DNA of 64,000 bases from NCBI GenBank assembly GCA_013115145.1, contig JAAPAO010000013.1:62001-126000 (forward strand), written 5' to 3'. The notes beneath the pieces are model-generated. The model was not told where the DNA came from, ran no database searches, and worked only from the letters and a program-made list of their open reading frames with translations. Below are positions 12,698 through 25,721 of this stretch, in pieces. The stretch is from Perkinsus chesapeaki ATCC PRA-425 (Eukaryota; Protista; Perkinsozoa). The first letter of the stretch is position 1. Each line of letters begins with the position of its first letter. Position numbers and translations under genes: made by a program.

Positions 12698-15437
12698 AGG
12701 CGACGTCGAAAAATATGAGAGAAATGCCGCCAGTGGGGTTCGATCCTACGCCTAGTATCCTTCACAACTTTCGTACTACGTACTTGTACGTACGAATGGA
12801 AGGGGTCTGAGACAATGGCAAAGGAAACTCACTCACCTTCTTCTTCTACATTCCTATCAATCCTGCTTACGGAACATCGGAACAGGTAAACACAGTTCAA
12901 AGAACTCTAGAGTACCTCAGAGATACGCACTATCAGCGTAATAGATAGGCAGGGTTCCTGACGTGACGCCAATCGTACGCGCTTGTGCGGGTAGTAACTC
13001 ACTGTAGAACTCAAAGCCGGAAGGATTATCAACGAAATCGCACAAAGGAACAGGTATTATATATACGACAGCAGCAACTATGACAGATGGTGAACTAGTA
13101 AATGCATATAAAAGAATAGTAGGCTATCTTCATATACACACTGAAGGCTACAACATCTTGCAATATCACAGCGATGCCATCACCGTTCAGTTATGATATT
13201 CGCTAAATTGTTACATGGTGTTAGCAGTAAGAGGAGAGGAGTAGGTGTGACCCTTTATCAACACCGCTATCACCAACATCATCATCATCTTCGCTGCCTC
13301 TGATGTCGAATGGCAGTGGCTATATTCTCTATTAGCACTGTCAATGAAGCTAGGGAGCAATCGCTGTGTATAAATAACTGAGCCCCAATAGTTTATGAAT
13401 CCAGCAGAAATACTAGCAGATTTTACGGGCTGTGGAAAAAAGATAATTACTAATCCACACATAGTAAACTGCAATAGGGAAGACGAGGGGGGGGCGCTTC
13501 TAGTAGCGGGGTACCGTGAACAGCACGAAACTGTATTTGAAGTACATGATGGTGTCACTGGATATCAAACGCGAACCACCAAGATGCAACTCCTTCTAGT
13601 CATGCTGTACTGGGCGGCGCAGATTCACCACAACTTCGTGGATAGAGCCACAGTTCATAAGGTTACCATCAGGATAACATCACTGTTATGATACTATTAC
13701 AATAACCAGACAACTGGTAATAATAACAGCGAGGTAAGCAGAAAACAACCAATAGTAGTACAGCAGAAGATGCTGTCGCCCATGTGCACTTCTACAGTAA
13801 AAGCTTCATTTCATTGGGGTCCTCCACAGCTATACACCTCCAGAAAAGTTAACAGAGAGAAACAACAATGAATGGAGAGTGTTTGTAGTAACAGCAACGA
13901 CAACGAGGATGATGTCATACCTAATACAGTAGTAAGAGGTATATTAGTAATTATTATAGCAACTAACGAGTAGTTGTCAAGTAACAAGTATAGGAGGAGG
14001 TTGCATAGTGAGTCTAGTAGCCTGGTAATGGTAGCGAAATGATGATGGCCGGATATTTGATGACCGTATTAGAAAAGGGGTATTATCACTCGGATGAAGA
14101 GTCGGCCGCTGACTTGGATAGTCTACAAGGTGCTACCATAACCGTGCTTAAAAATGAACAACACATACACCAACTACAGCAGCAGCAGCATCACTTAAAC
14201 CCTCAGTGCTGCCTGCTGCGGCATCAGCAACAGCTGTAGGAATGTAACAGCACAAATGACGAAAAAGTAGAACAGTAGTAGATAGTAGTAGTTCAGTTGA
14301 CGATGATGATGATGAGCTTGTCATCATTACGATAAATTATTATGAAAGTCATAATAAGATTTACGATAAAAGGAATAACAGTGCTATGGTACGATGACAG
14401 AATAATAATAACACCATTGAATGATTAACAACCGCCGCTGCTACAACCTCTGTGGATCTGACCCACAATATACATCATAATAACACTATTAAGCATCAAC
14501 ATAAGTAACAACAGAACGGTATGCAATTTTTCAATGGTGAAGCACTGCGATGACGACGACGACGATGATGATGATTATCTACACATTAGGACTCTCCTAC
14601 TAATAATATAACTACTACTGTTACTCTACATAGACGGTTTAACCCTAAGGTAGGAGCAGGCAGCGACCGCGGCAACGGTGGTGGTGAAGTGTTATAGTTA
14701 GCATCATAGTATTAGTGATGATAGTAATAGTACTAATGAGCTGTTTAACGATGAATCTAAGCACAGTTAGGTAGATCTATAAGACTGGTGCGCTGCTACT
14801 ACTACTACTCGCCGACATAATTATTAATGATTGTTGTTTAGCTCCTTAACGTTCAACTGAACGATAAAGAGTTCAACGGAAATATGAGCAATACAACGTA
14901 CACTGTTGATGACACTAGCTAACCTTAACAATAATCAACAACAATGTGACGCGCTTAGTGATGGTAGAATAGAGAAGAGGAAAAGTATGGTATCAAACAA
15001 TAGCAACAACAACAGCTATTATGCAGCCACAACTCCAGTGTTACGAGGTATCCTCTGGACATATGTTGCCATGCCGCGACTCTGAATGGGAGAAGACGGA
15101 AATGCCACGGTAGACCTAGACATCTTCGACCTACCCTTGCTTCTCTCCTCCTTGGTGTAGAAACAATATAATTCCCTCTTGGTGAGCTTTGATATCTAAA
15201 TAAAGCAACTTAATCAAATATGCTTTGAAGGAACGATCTAAACTTACGCATAAAGACTGCAAGACGGTGACATTCCTGAAGCCCCACGCCCCCGTGGGGT
15301 ATCGCCAGCTAAAAGACAATCAGTAACAAACATCCACCACCGCGCTTATCCGACTTACCTAGACTACTGGTAGTAATTCTAGGGGAAGCACTCGGGTACC
15401 TAATGAAGTGATAAAACAGTGAAATATGCTTTACCAT

Positions 15438-15857
15438 TTACCGGCGCCTGTACGCGTATGCCGCTGGTGCTGGACTAGCCGCGATGCCTGATACCAACTT
15501 TTCGTCAACTCTTATGGGAATGAACTTACCAGAAACATCGATCGAACCCATAGAGGACCGAGCAGGTCGTATCTTTTTGTGGGCGGACACTCCCGGAAGT
15601 GGGGGTAGGTTTTGATCGCGATGACGCAGAGACTCATCTGGTGAAGTACGAGATGACGATGCAGTCGTCGATGTAGACGGTAGAGCTACAAGCAAGTAAA
15701 CTAACCATTTAACAATCCACTTACAGTCATCCGCATGCGGCGATGTTGTCGATTGCAACACCACACTATCCTGTTTGGGTGGGACTGTCGGCCTGAACAA
15801 ATGGTGATAAAGCCTTCTCCTCCTCCTGATATTACTCGTCATTGTGTGGTGGTGCAT
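15438..15857 (-). CDS. ORF of unknown function; possibly a distal exon of the ABCD C-terminal tail or a separate small gene
   Basis: 139-aa open frame with protein-like composition just downstream of the ABCD tail exon; connection not resolved. Confidence 0.3.
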   Translation of the reverse strand: MHHHTMTSNIRRRRRLYHHLFRPTVPPKQDSVVLQSTTSPHADDCKWIVKWLVYLLVALPSTSTTASSSRTSPDESLRHRDQNLPPLPGVSAHKKIRPARSSMGSIDVSGKFIPIRVDEKLVSGIAASPAPAAYAYRRR

Positions 15858-16089
15858 TAGGAGTGGCCACGGTGCTCACCATGTCTTTGCTCTCGGCACA
15901 TCCCATTATGATAGGTGTTAATAAAATAATACCTTTAAAATGCTGCAACAAATACAAACCAACAACAGCAGCAGCAGCCATAGGCGACGCCACCCCAACA
16001 ACAACACATGCAAACGAAGGTGAAACAAAAATCGGAAAACAGGACGGGAAATATGAAAAACGTTCGAGCGCACAACATCATGTGTTTGG

Positions 16090-19000
16090 ACCATAAACTT
16101 GACATGCCCCTATCCGTGCCTTCTATAGCGGTTGTTGTTGTTCCCAGCCTAACCATGAGCCTATTAATGGGCGAATAGAGACCGTCACTTACTTTCCTAC
16201 TTCGACGAGGCTTTCCAACACGTCTAAGCTCATCGACCTGATCGCTCTTGTTCCGCTCACCTCCGCCCAACAGCACCTCAGCCGGTGGTGGCGGCGGCAT
16301 CTCATCGGCAGGAGGAACGAGCTCAGCATCATCCTCACAGGACTCGAAGTCACCTTCCGTCATTGGGCTAGACTCAAATGATCTATAACCCTCATCTGTA
16401 GTATACAGCCCCTCATCTGCCGACTCCCGACCAACCAGTTGTGGCACAACGCCAACCTTCATGTCACACACTTTAGCATCTTCACCGACTTCTCCCACAA
16501 GGGGCACTGTGGCGCCAGCAGCAGCCTGTCGCTTATCCACGTACACCAGGTCAGGAAGCCTTTGAGGCCTGCCAAAGTACTAGAACCAACGACACCCATC
16601 CAGACCTACTCGACCGCTGCCGTCTCTTTGTTGTTTGTTATTCTCCTACTTGTCCAGTTAGCTAGGCCAGTGCCAGCACCCAGCTCTAATAGCTGAGAAT
16701 GGAAGCTTAGCAACCAGGGCTTCTGTGATGCTGTTAGCACCGTACCTACATAGGACTTTACAGCAGTTACGAATACACAAAGCTACAATGGTAACCATCT
16801 CTAAGATGACGATACACCTCCTCCTCCCCATCCAGAGCGACAGCACTAGTGCACTCATCAAGTAGTGCCCACCGAGGGCTGCGATACCTGATACAATGAC
16901 ATAAGCAAAAGCCGATCGGTACCACAACTACAATAATCGTGCTACTGCTATCCTCTGTTGCTCCCCAAGACTCAGCTTATTCTCCCAATCTTCATCATGG
17001 GACAGCAAACCCTTGCGGTAGCGCTCGACTAAATAGCTCAGCCTCACCTTCCCCAAACACTCCTGCACAAGCGTGAGCACCTCCTCAGAGCCACCCGCCT
17101 GATACATCACTACCGACAACATAACCAAGCGGTTAGGCTACCCTATCAGGATAGGTCACCAAGTCTGCCAGGCTCCCCTCAGGCATATACGGCTTAGTCG
17201 GCACATAATGTAGCGACTGTTCCTCCCCGGAGGGAAGTGATATGGTACCAGAGCCAGGCCTCCAAAGGCCAGCTATCGTACCTGTCGCAAGCTGCTGTTA
17301 AATGCTACCCTAGTGCCGACTGCTCCCACGTAAAACAGCGCTTTTTCCGCAGCCACTCGGCCCTGTTATAATCATACCGCTGTCAACCCGACCATCTACT
17401 GTACACGATAGCCGTGACACCTGAACCCACATGTACTAGGATGAGATGAGTGGCTACAGCAGCAGCGGCGGCAAACTACCAATACAAGACCGCCATCGGG
17501 GGTCTGGATATCAACCTTCTCTAGCTTAATTATGTCTTCGTTAGTCTTCTCCTTGGTAAGAGAGGGGACAATCTCATCTGACATAACCATAACAGATAAA
17601 CGCAATGCTACAAGGGTGATTACCCCTTGCCTTACTGCCCGACTCTTGTGCAGCCTCGCAAGCTCTGATAAGCTCCTCCACCTGATAGCCACCATTAAAG
17701 ACCACTAACAGTGTGACGACTACCTACCCTAGTAGCATGACCACTAGCACCTGCCCACTTACCACCAAGCTCCATCAACATACCCAGCGCAGAAAAGGAA
17801 TGGGATACCACAGAACCGAGATACCTGATAATGATCATCTCATCACACTCTCGACACAAAATCTGTCCCACTAGCGAGCCCTCGGCGCGATCAGCTACTA
17901 CCTCAGTGTGTGCCCGAGATACTCGTCCCCCTCCTTCTGCCCAGCCCCCTCCGTATACATCAGACTCAACACCCAGGTGGCATTATTAGGCACCATTTGG
18001 GATATGAAGAAGTCTAGTGTACCATACAGATGCTCCAGCCTCTTCGACGATTTCTGGAACTCTAACTTATCCTCTAGTAGCCTGAACCACACCTATCAAT
18101 AACATACCAGATGGCAGCTCCATCTTACCTGTCCGCTGTCTGGGACTCTACCGCCCCGCCATCCAAGAAGGCTATGGACTCTGCACACTGACTAAGGCGA
18201 GCGTGAAACATAGAGAAGGCAGCATCTACAGCAGCAGTAATATAGCCGTGGCAGCAGCATCAGGCATACCAAGCTCCTCCCTCCTGGCCGTAAGCTTGGC
18301 CAAGTCGGGACGTATCAACCTTAGCAATGTCATACCCGATATCATATAAGTCAGCAAGGATGTCAGCCCAGTTCTGCCTGATAAAGACAAGTGTCAACAC
18401 AGACGACGAGATACAGCTGTTACCAGTTAGCTGGAACACTCCAGCGCTGAACCAAGCTAGATCAACTAAGGGTTTAAGAGTATCACTAAGCATGCTGGCA
18501 AGGGCATCAGCCAACTAAAGCAGGCAAAGGTAGTAATCAAGCAAGCGCCACCGCCGCATTGCCCTTACTTTAGGAATGTCCTCGACAATGACTTGATCCG
18601 CCCCTCCAGCAGGCGGCACCAAGTGATAGAAGCTGGAATCCTTTAGGTACCTGCAATGACGACAGTCTTAATGACAGCCATATGTTAGTACATATTGGTT
18701 AGTTTCCTAGTCAGGTCCCTTCGCCAATGGTCTCCTATACCAGCCTCTAGGATATCACCCAGCGGACTCAATACGGCTTGGACCAGGCCCATCAATAAAG
18801 CGTTTATCACCTGAACAACAGACATCTTAAAGAAGCCGCCATTGGGATGAAGCTTACCAAGGCGTGGAAGTCCACGGTCTTCCTTTGCATTAAGAGCCTT
18901 AACGAATGACCGTTAATATGAGCTATTCTATTACTAACATATGTACCTAATATAACACATGCCACACAAAAGGGCAACAACACAGCAGCCTACGTCCCAT

Positions 19001-22000
19001 AATAATAGACAACAGCTCCGCTAACCGCATAAGCTGGCCCTTATCAGGCAGGCCCAGCAGCTGCACAACCTGTCCCAGCGTAGGCCTCTCAGCCTTCTTG
19101 TAATTACGCTCTAAGAGAGCACATCTTCCATTTCAACGATCCCAGTCTTACCAACATGTTTGCCTTTATTACTGATAACTGCCGTACTCTGACCATCACC
19201 GAGCTGCTGCAAAGACCCCGTCCCTAAAGCCATACCATCCCACCATACCCCCTCCGACAAAGCCTTACTTTCCAGTCGACTAGCTATCTCTGTGAAAGGC
19301 AATGCCCCAGTCTGCATTAGAGATGCTAGGGACTCCGAGGCCTTCAGTGGCAGCAGCTTTCCCCGGGACCCCTCAATCGTTGTTATACTATACCTGCAAC
19401 GGACAGATGAAGGCAAAGTGAAGCGTTCCGAGCCCTACCCTCCACTGCCATCCAGCGTGACCATATGATTATGAAATTCTTGCAGTGCTGGTCTATGGGA
19501 TATTGTTATTAATGATATCCCCAACTGGCCACATAACGTAAATAATCTTCGCTCCATCTTAATGCTGACAGCGGACGTGCACTCGTCGAGGATGGCAAAC
19601 GTGGGCCTATGCCAGAACAACCTGGCCATGGACAGCTTCTGCTGCTCCCCCAGAGACAATCTAGCATCCCAATCCACAACACCTGAGGCGAGCGATGGAC
19701 ACAAAGCTGATAAAAGGCAACAGTAAACTTACTGGTAAAGTCATCCAAATGAGACAACTCGACCAGCCTTAAAAGAGATCGCAGCTGCTGCTCATCAGGC
19801 CGATTGCTGTCCGGATAACATACATTATCCGGCAATGTACCAACAACACAATAGGGCTTTTGGGGAAGGTAGAACAGATAGCTGTGCAGACCAACACGGT
19901 CTCTGGCACCGGGCCTCGTAATGGTACCTATAAGCAATAAAAACTAATCAGCAAAAGTAGCAAGCCCAAGTACCTCTCTTAATGTCCCATAGACCTCCCA
20001 GACACCTAAATATGCTAGACTTGCCAGCTCCATTCGGCCCACATATAATAACATTATCACCTTTGCTAATACGCAGATTGAGATCGGTTACCTAATCTCA
20101 TATAAGATTCCCACCAAGCCCGCAAAGCCCACCAATCTATGCCCGGTAGGAGTGTCGATGTCAACACCCTCAAAGACAACCTCCGCACAACCACCAACAG
20201 CGTCGGCGCTGAACTTCCGTCTGGCAGCCTCGGTCTCCGCCTTGGACTCGGCAAGTGCCTTCTGATCTTCCATTTCAACGATCTGAGTGGAGACAGTAAC
20301 GCACACAAAAGATCAATGAGGTAGTACCAGTCGGCCACACCGATCCACTAGGCCTGACAGTCTAGCCACAGTGCCGGCGAGGCGGGCGAATTGGGAACAT
20401 GCTACTAGCTCCATGAGCAACATGTCTGTCAGGTACCTGAATACGAGCAGTTACTGAATATTGCCACATGTGTGAGATATACACTTCTATTACTATTGTA
20501 TAGCGTCTTTGCTACGAAGCAGTGATCTATTGATGACCTCACTAGTATAAAAACATTTCAGCTTATACATTCGAAAGACTACTCTTCGGTGATAAATAAC
20601 ACCCACAACCGTAAGATTAGAAAAGAAGAGGAGAATGGGATGTGCTTACCTAACCTCATAGAGCATCTCTCCTTTAGACTTGTTCCTAATTGCCTGAGGA
20701 CCTTGCTTGAAGAACGGTATTAATATAAGGTACATGCCCAAAGTGAATGTACAGTACCGGCCAGCATACCTAAAATCATACCGTATCTTCCCATAATCAC
20801 AATAAAGATACCCCCTACTCTTGTAGCACATTGGACAGGAAGTTATCATGTCGTACTTTATCCAAATAAAACATTAGGCGACCAAAGGCTCCTCTTAAAG
20901 CTTCCCCTTCATACTCCCTAAAGATACACTTCACTTTGGCAACACAGCTGCTGTGCTACTCACCCGCCCTTGTACAGAGCTACGGCCTCGGCGTTCCTGG
21001 CCAACCTCGAATGACCGTGCTTATAGGCCGATTCAAGCTTACGAGTCTTCTTCTCTACAAAAGGAGATAACAACTACGACTACGGCACCACAGCGGCAGT
21101 TAATTACTTTGCATCCCATAGTCAGGTGCAATGCTCTGAACGATAAGATAGGCGGTGGCTGAGTACCTAGAGCATGATATTATCAACAAGAGATAGAGGA
21201 ATTACTACAGGATAGGGCCGACTGTAAGCTTAAGGCCATCTAGTCTAGAGCCACTAATGCCTTTGGCGAAAGGGTAGATAAGACTTGAAAAGAATGCGAA
21301 ATTGGTAACACTATTGACCAGATCACAGGCTGCTAGACCAAGGTCTCGAGTGAGCAAAGGAACCTACAGCAGGAATGTCACGCGTGAAGCTTAGATACCC
21401 TACATCAGTGCAGATCCTATCATAGGCATGTGCCTCTCCTTGTAGATGATAATAGTTAAGGCTTCCAAAGTATAACGTCTGAAGGTAGCGTGCCATTTTA
21501 GCATGCCAGTGTCGTCCAAGACTGCCTAAAGGGAAACATAACAAGCTTGAACACGCCTGCTTTTGGTATTACTAACAACATTCGCCAGGGCTTTATTGGC
21601 GACGGATAGGGCGAAACCAAGCCCTAAGTTGCGCACCAGAAGATACCCAAAAACATTCTTTCGGCCCTCAAAGACCGATTTAAAAAGTTCCCCTTGTAGC
21701 CTGGCCTTTCTAACATCAATTTGGGCGAAGATACAGGCTATTATCAGCATGAATACACCTAATAAATATATAATAAAGGGCAGCATACACTACACTTACA
21801 CAGCTTCTGAGCATGCCTATCGTTCTTGAGGTCCAGCAGCCTAATTATTACCCTCCACAGCTCCCCTCGCGAGAGCCGCTTCTTTGGCAAGATACCTGAG
21901 GTCAACGAAATGACATATTATGAATCTTACGAGCCCGGTATTACTTTCTTTTTCCTTCTCATTTCGGTGCTCTTCTCTGCCACTCTTCTTCCTTCTATTG

Positions 22001-22483
22001 GCTTGGACTACCCCAATAGCACCAAATGCTGCCGATGCCAATAAAGCTGTCCATAATAGCTGGGACTTTAACACGCGGGATGGCCTGACTGTCATTAAGA
22101 CGGTAAAACTATCACCAACGACTCCTATACGACGCAGCAATTTACGAAACAAATTGTCGCTAACAACGGCGCGCTGGTTTTCAACTGCTAGAATCTCCGA
22201 AGTGGTGAAAAGAAGTGCAAAAAACGGCTGCATAACAAACCCAAGTGTCTCGGAGGCTAAACAAAAGATATAGAGGAAGAAATTCAACAATATGAGGTGG
22301 ATACCTTGAGGTTAGCACAATATTTACGAGCATAAAAAAGAAGCCGATTGACGGAGCGAAGCGATTCGGGTTTGACATTTTTGTGGAGACAATTGACACG
22401 GTGTTATTGTTGCGATGACAGCCTGTGTGCCAGGCTAGGACCACTTCAAGGTCTACTCCTCCACCACTAGCGTTGGGTACCAT
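16090..22483 (-). CDS. Full-size peroxisomal-type ABC transporter, subfamily D (TMD-NBD-TMD-NBD), with acidic/Pro-rich C-terminal tail
   Basis: NBD1: GPNGAGKS, YLPQKPY, LSLGEQQKL, FAILDECTSAV, TISHRP. NBD2: GPSGCGKS, YVPTKPY, LSLGEQQRI, WALLDECTSAV. TMD2 contains DALASMLSDTLKPLVDL. Splicing continues into the 15935-16546 frame. Start and end approximate. Confidence 0.9.
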
Positions 22484-22816
22484 GGGATAGACACGTTAAA
22501 AATAAACTCAGTACGCATGTATTTGCGCAATTTGTCTCCCATTCCCAGTGGCCTAATTTTCCTAATTATCCTAGCTGTTGCCAGGGGGTGCTTCAACACG
22601 GGTAACAGATAACACTGTTATCATAACAGCTCAGTCGATATTAGGCTGTTCATGTCCCTAGTCATCCTCGATATCATAAACGGGCTTGAAATGTCAAAGT
22701 AGCAAGTATGACAGACAAAGATATTCATCGGTGAGCTAGAATTGGCTCCAGCAAGCCATGGTGCCGTCGAAGTACACTTAAAAGACATTCGCTGCCGACA
22801 TTACCACTGGGCAGCC

Positions 22817-22839
22817 CCGGCTTAAACGGTTTAAGCCGG
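22817..22839. promoter_or_regulatory. Perfect 23-bp odd palindrome (11-bp arms) in a divergent intergenic region
   Basis: CCGGCTTAAAC-G-GTTTAAGCCGG read directly; function not shown. Confidence 0.5.
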
Positions 22840-23125
22840 TTTGAGTTAAACCTCAGCAGAATATAGCTTTCTATTACTCTTCAAAGCTTCGTATACCTAT
22901 TGATATTTATATGGTAATTTCGCGGCATAGTAATCGTTTGTGTGATTTATGTGTTCCTGGCGCCGGCCAACAAAGGGCGTATCGAAGTTGTTTAGTAGCA
23001 ATACACCCACGCAATCTTTCGATCATCCTCATTTGTAATACACGAGTGGTTCTAACACATACGTTTTCTCCTGTGGGGTATACAAAGCTTACCGTTATAC
23101 CACGAACTCAGTGTCAGCCTTGATA

Positions 23126-23242
23126 GGTGCCAATGATAATGTTTGCTCAATACTATGGAGCAAACATTATCATTGGCACCGTTGATGACATCGAATTGAT
23201 GTCCTATGGAGTCCATAGGACATCAATTTGATGTCATCAACG
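23126..23242. repeat. Two abutting long inverted repeats (double hairpin)
   Basis: Hairpin 1 at 23126-23180 has perfect 23-bp arms (GGTGCCAATGATAATGTTTGCTC / GAGCAAACATTATCATTGGCACC) and a 9-nt loop. Hairpin 2 at 23181-23241 has 30-bp arms with a single G.T pair and a 1-nt centre. Confidence 0.95.
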
Positions 23243-23417
23243 ACATCCTTCGTTCACTTCATGCGTTATCTTCGTACGGCCCGAAGCCTGTATTTACTCT
23301 TTGTGCTACGCTTCGGTTCAAGGCCGTCCTTGTCACTTATATGCCTGGATCTCCGAAGTGTGGTACATTTTGATCGGCGTTATTGTCGTACAGGGTTTGT
23401 TTTGGGCCCTTAGCCAC

Positions 23418-25377
23418 ATGACAGAGCTAGTAGAGGATGTGGTGCTCGAGAAATCTGCTGGGGAATCAAGTGGTGCCGGCCAGCTAGATGAGGCACATGC
23501 TTGGGAAGCTGATTACACTAAAAGTTGGATTAATATAACCAAAGACCAGTATGCCGATCGCCAACATGAATGATATCTATTAATCCTTCAGACGTGGTAA
23601 ACTGGTGGTAAGGGACGAGGCAGCTACGGCTAGGAAGTAATATCAGGGGGCTTCATCAGTGCAAATATCGCCACGTACGCAGCTGAGCTATTAAAAAGTC
23701 GCTGCCGAAGACCCTCACTAAATTGCTGCTCCTGTCGTTCTATTAACCATCCACATCAATACACCATCTGGCTGTTCTTTGCTGTGATACAGAAACTGAA
23801 CAGGGGAACGTGATTGTTGCATCATGTCTGGCTCGTTATTAAGGACCATTCCAATCGATGCATAGACGTCACTTTGCGCCTAGGTTTGGTTGAATTTGAC
23901 CTTTTTTATAAACTTAGTGGTACAAAATCTCTTATCACACATGTGGCTACTAATGTCTCAATACGTCATCTATTTCATAGATACCCTCGGAACTACGATG
24001 GAGTTTTACCCACTACACTCGACGGTGACGGGGAGCTACACCACAAGGAGTCGATGGCACTAAAGAGGGGTCTACTGCGGTTCATGTACTTGGTAGTCGA
24101 TATGAGCTCGGCCATGCAGAATACGGACTATAAACAGAACAGGTTATAAAGGGAGGCCCGGCGTCTCGCACTATGAATAATTTCAGGCTGGACTTTGTCA
24201 TTACGCATCTTTGTCGCAACTTCATACCACAGTATTTCGACCTCAACCCGATAAGCAATCTCTCAGTGATCGCCATGCGTGACCAAAAGGCACACTTTGT
24301 CACACGTAACAGCTTTGTCAACCCCGAGGTGGCCACAGCACTGCTGTAGGTATGTCCGGCCAGCCTGCATCCCAAATTGAGCGGGTCCTCCAATTCTCAA
24401 CTGGCGGGGCTTCTGGCTCAGCCTCCCTAGTGAATGCATTGGAGGCAGTTGGGCAAGCAGCTAAGGGAAGCCTTCCTCGTTATGGTATGGACGGGAGATC
24501 ATAGCATAGCAGCCACTGCACGCAGGCACACGAGAAATCCTTATAGTGTGGGGATCGCTGCATTCTGTCGACCCTCCGACAAGCGGCAAACTAATACCAG
24601 ATTGTGTCGACAAACTGATAGAGGAAATCAAACCAAACTCGGTGCGGGTAATCAGCTCGTCCACGGCGCGCTGCTGGCTGCTCAACTGACCTCAGGTTTC
24701 CGTTATCTCACTTTCACCGGAACTCTACGCGCTGCGTAAAGTGGTAGAAATGACCGGAGGCACCTTCTCGGTCGCAACCAGCCCTATACACTTTAAACGG
24801 TTAATGCAGAGTAGTGTATTCTGTTGGCTGTGTAGCTTTGCCTTATTATCCTTTCAGAACATTTAACGCCTCCTAATTGGATCAGCCCACCGAGCTACAT
24901 TAAGATGGGTTTCCCGGTCCGTAGGGCATGTGATGGCAATCACACAGCAGATCCGCCAATAAAGTGTATGTGCCATAACCGCCTACAGAAGACCTTCGTG
25001 TAATGCTTCTTTGGATTGAATCAAGCAATTCTCTAATAGGTACATTTGCCCTCAATGCCACTGCCCGGTCTGTGAGATACCAGTCAACTGTCCAGTATGT
25101 AGACTCCCTCTAGTAGATGATGATGCACTTAAGAAACACCATCGGCACATCTACTCTATGCCCACGTAAAAGTGTTGGCTAACCCCTCATGAACGCCATC
25201 CTGTTTAGGTATACTTTACTGCCTACTGTCGATTACCCCAAAACCTACACGTGCCGGTTTTGCGGATCTGACTTCACTGAGGGTGGAGCAAGATGCGATC
25301 AATGCTTGAACGATGTCTGTTATCATTGTGATATGTTTGCCCATAATAAGTTACGCCATTGCCCTGGTTGCTTATAG
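23418..25377 (+). CDS. GTF2H2: TFIIH subunit p44/Ssl1
   Basis: AWEADYTKSW N-terminal motif; KRGLLRFMYLVVDMSSAMQNTDYKQNRL (vWA start); YFDLNPISNLSVI; C-terminal CRFC…CDQCLNDVCYHCDMFAHNKLRHCPGC zinc finger. Confidence 0.92.
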
Positions 25378-25721
25378 TTTCTCATTACTTTTTATTTAGT
25401 TATCTATTAACAACAAAACAATACTCTCAAACCTAAGAGGCGGTCCATCATAACCTCTTCCCACTCTCCCGAAAAGACAGCGATTTACAACCAAAGAACA
25501 ATTAACTGATAAGAGTGTGTTTGCTTTCAAGCATATCTACACATCATAGGGATTAACGTCACGTGATAACGTGAAGAAGTAGTAAGGCAATCCCTCCATG
25601 GCCTTGGAGAAGTACAGAAGAAACAGTTTGAGGTGCTATCCGAAGCACGACTATAAAAGTACACTTCACATACTGCTCATTGCGAGCGACTGCAAGATTT
25701 GTAAGGAAAATGGCAATGTCA

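Noticed and set aside
12725-12753. Sequence resembling the reverse complement of a tRNA-Leu/Ser 3' half (TGCCGCCAGTGGGGTTCGATCCTACGCCT)
   Set aside because: T-arm has mismatches, there is no matching 5' acceptor strand or D-arm, and it overlaps a likely splice acceptor and exon start of the 11716-12697 gene.
23126-23242. CRISPR array or attC cassette interpretation of the hairpins
   Set aside because: No direct repeats with spacers, no cas or integrase genes, and the context is eukaryotic.
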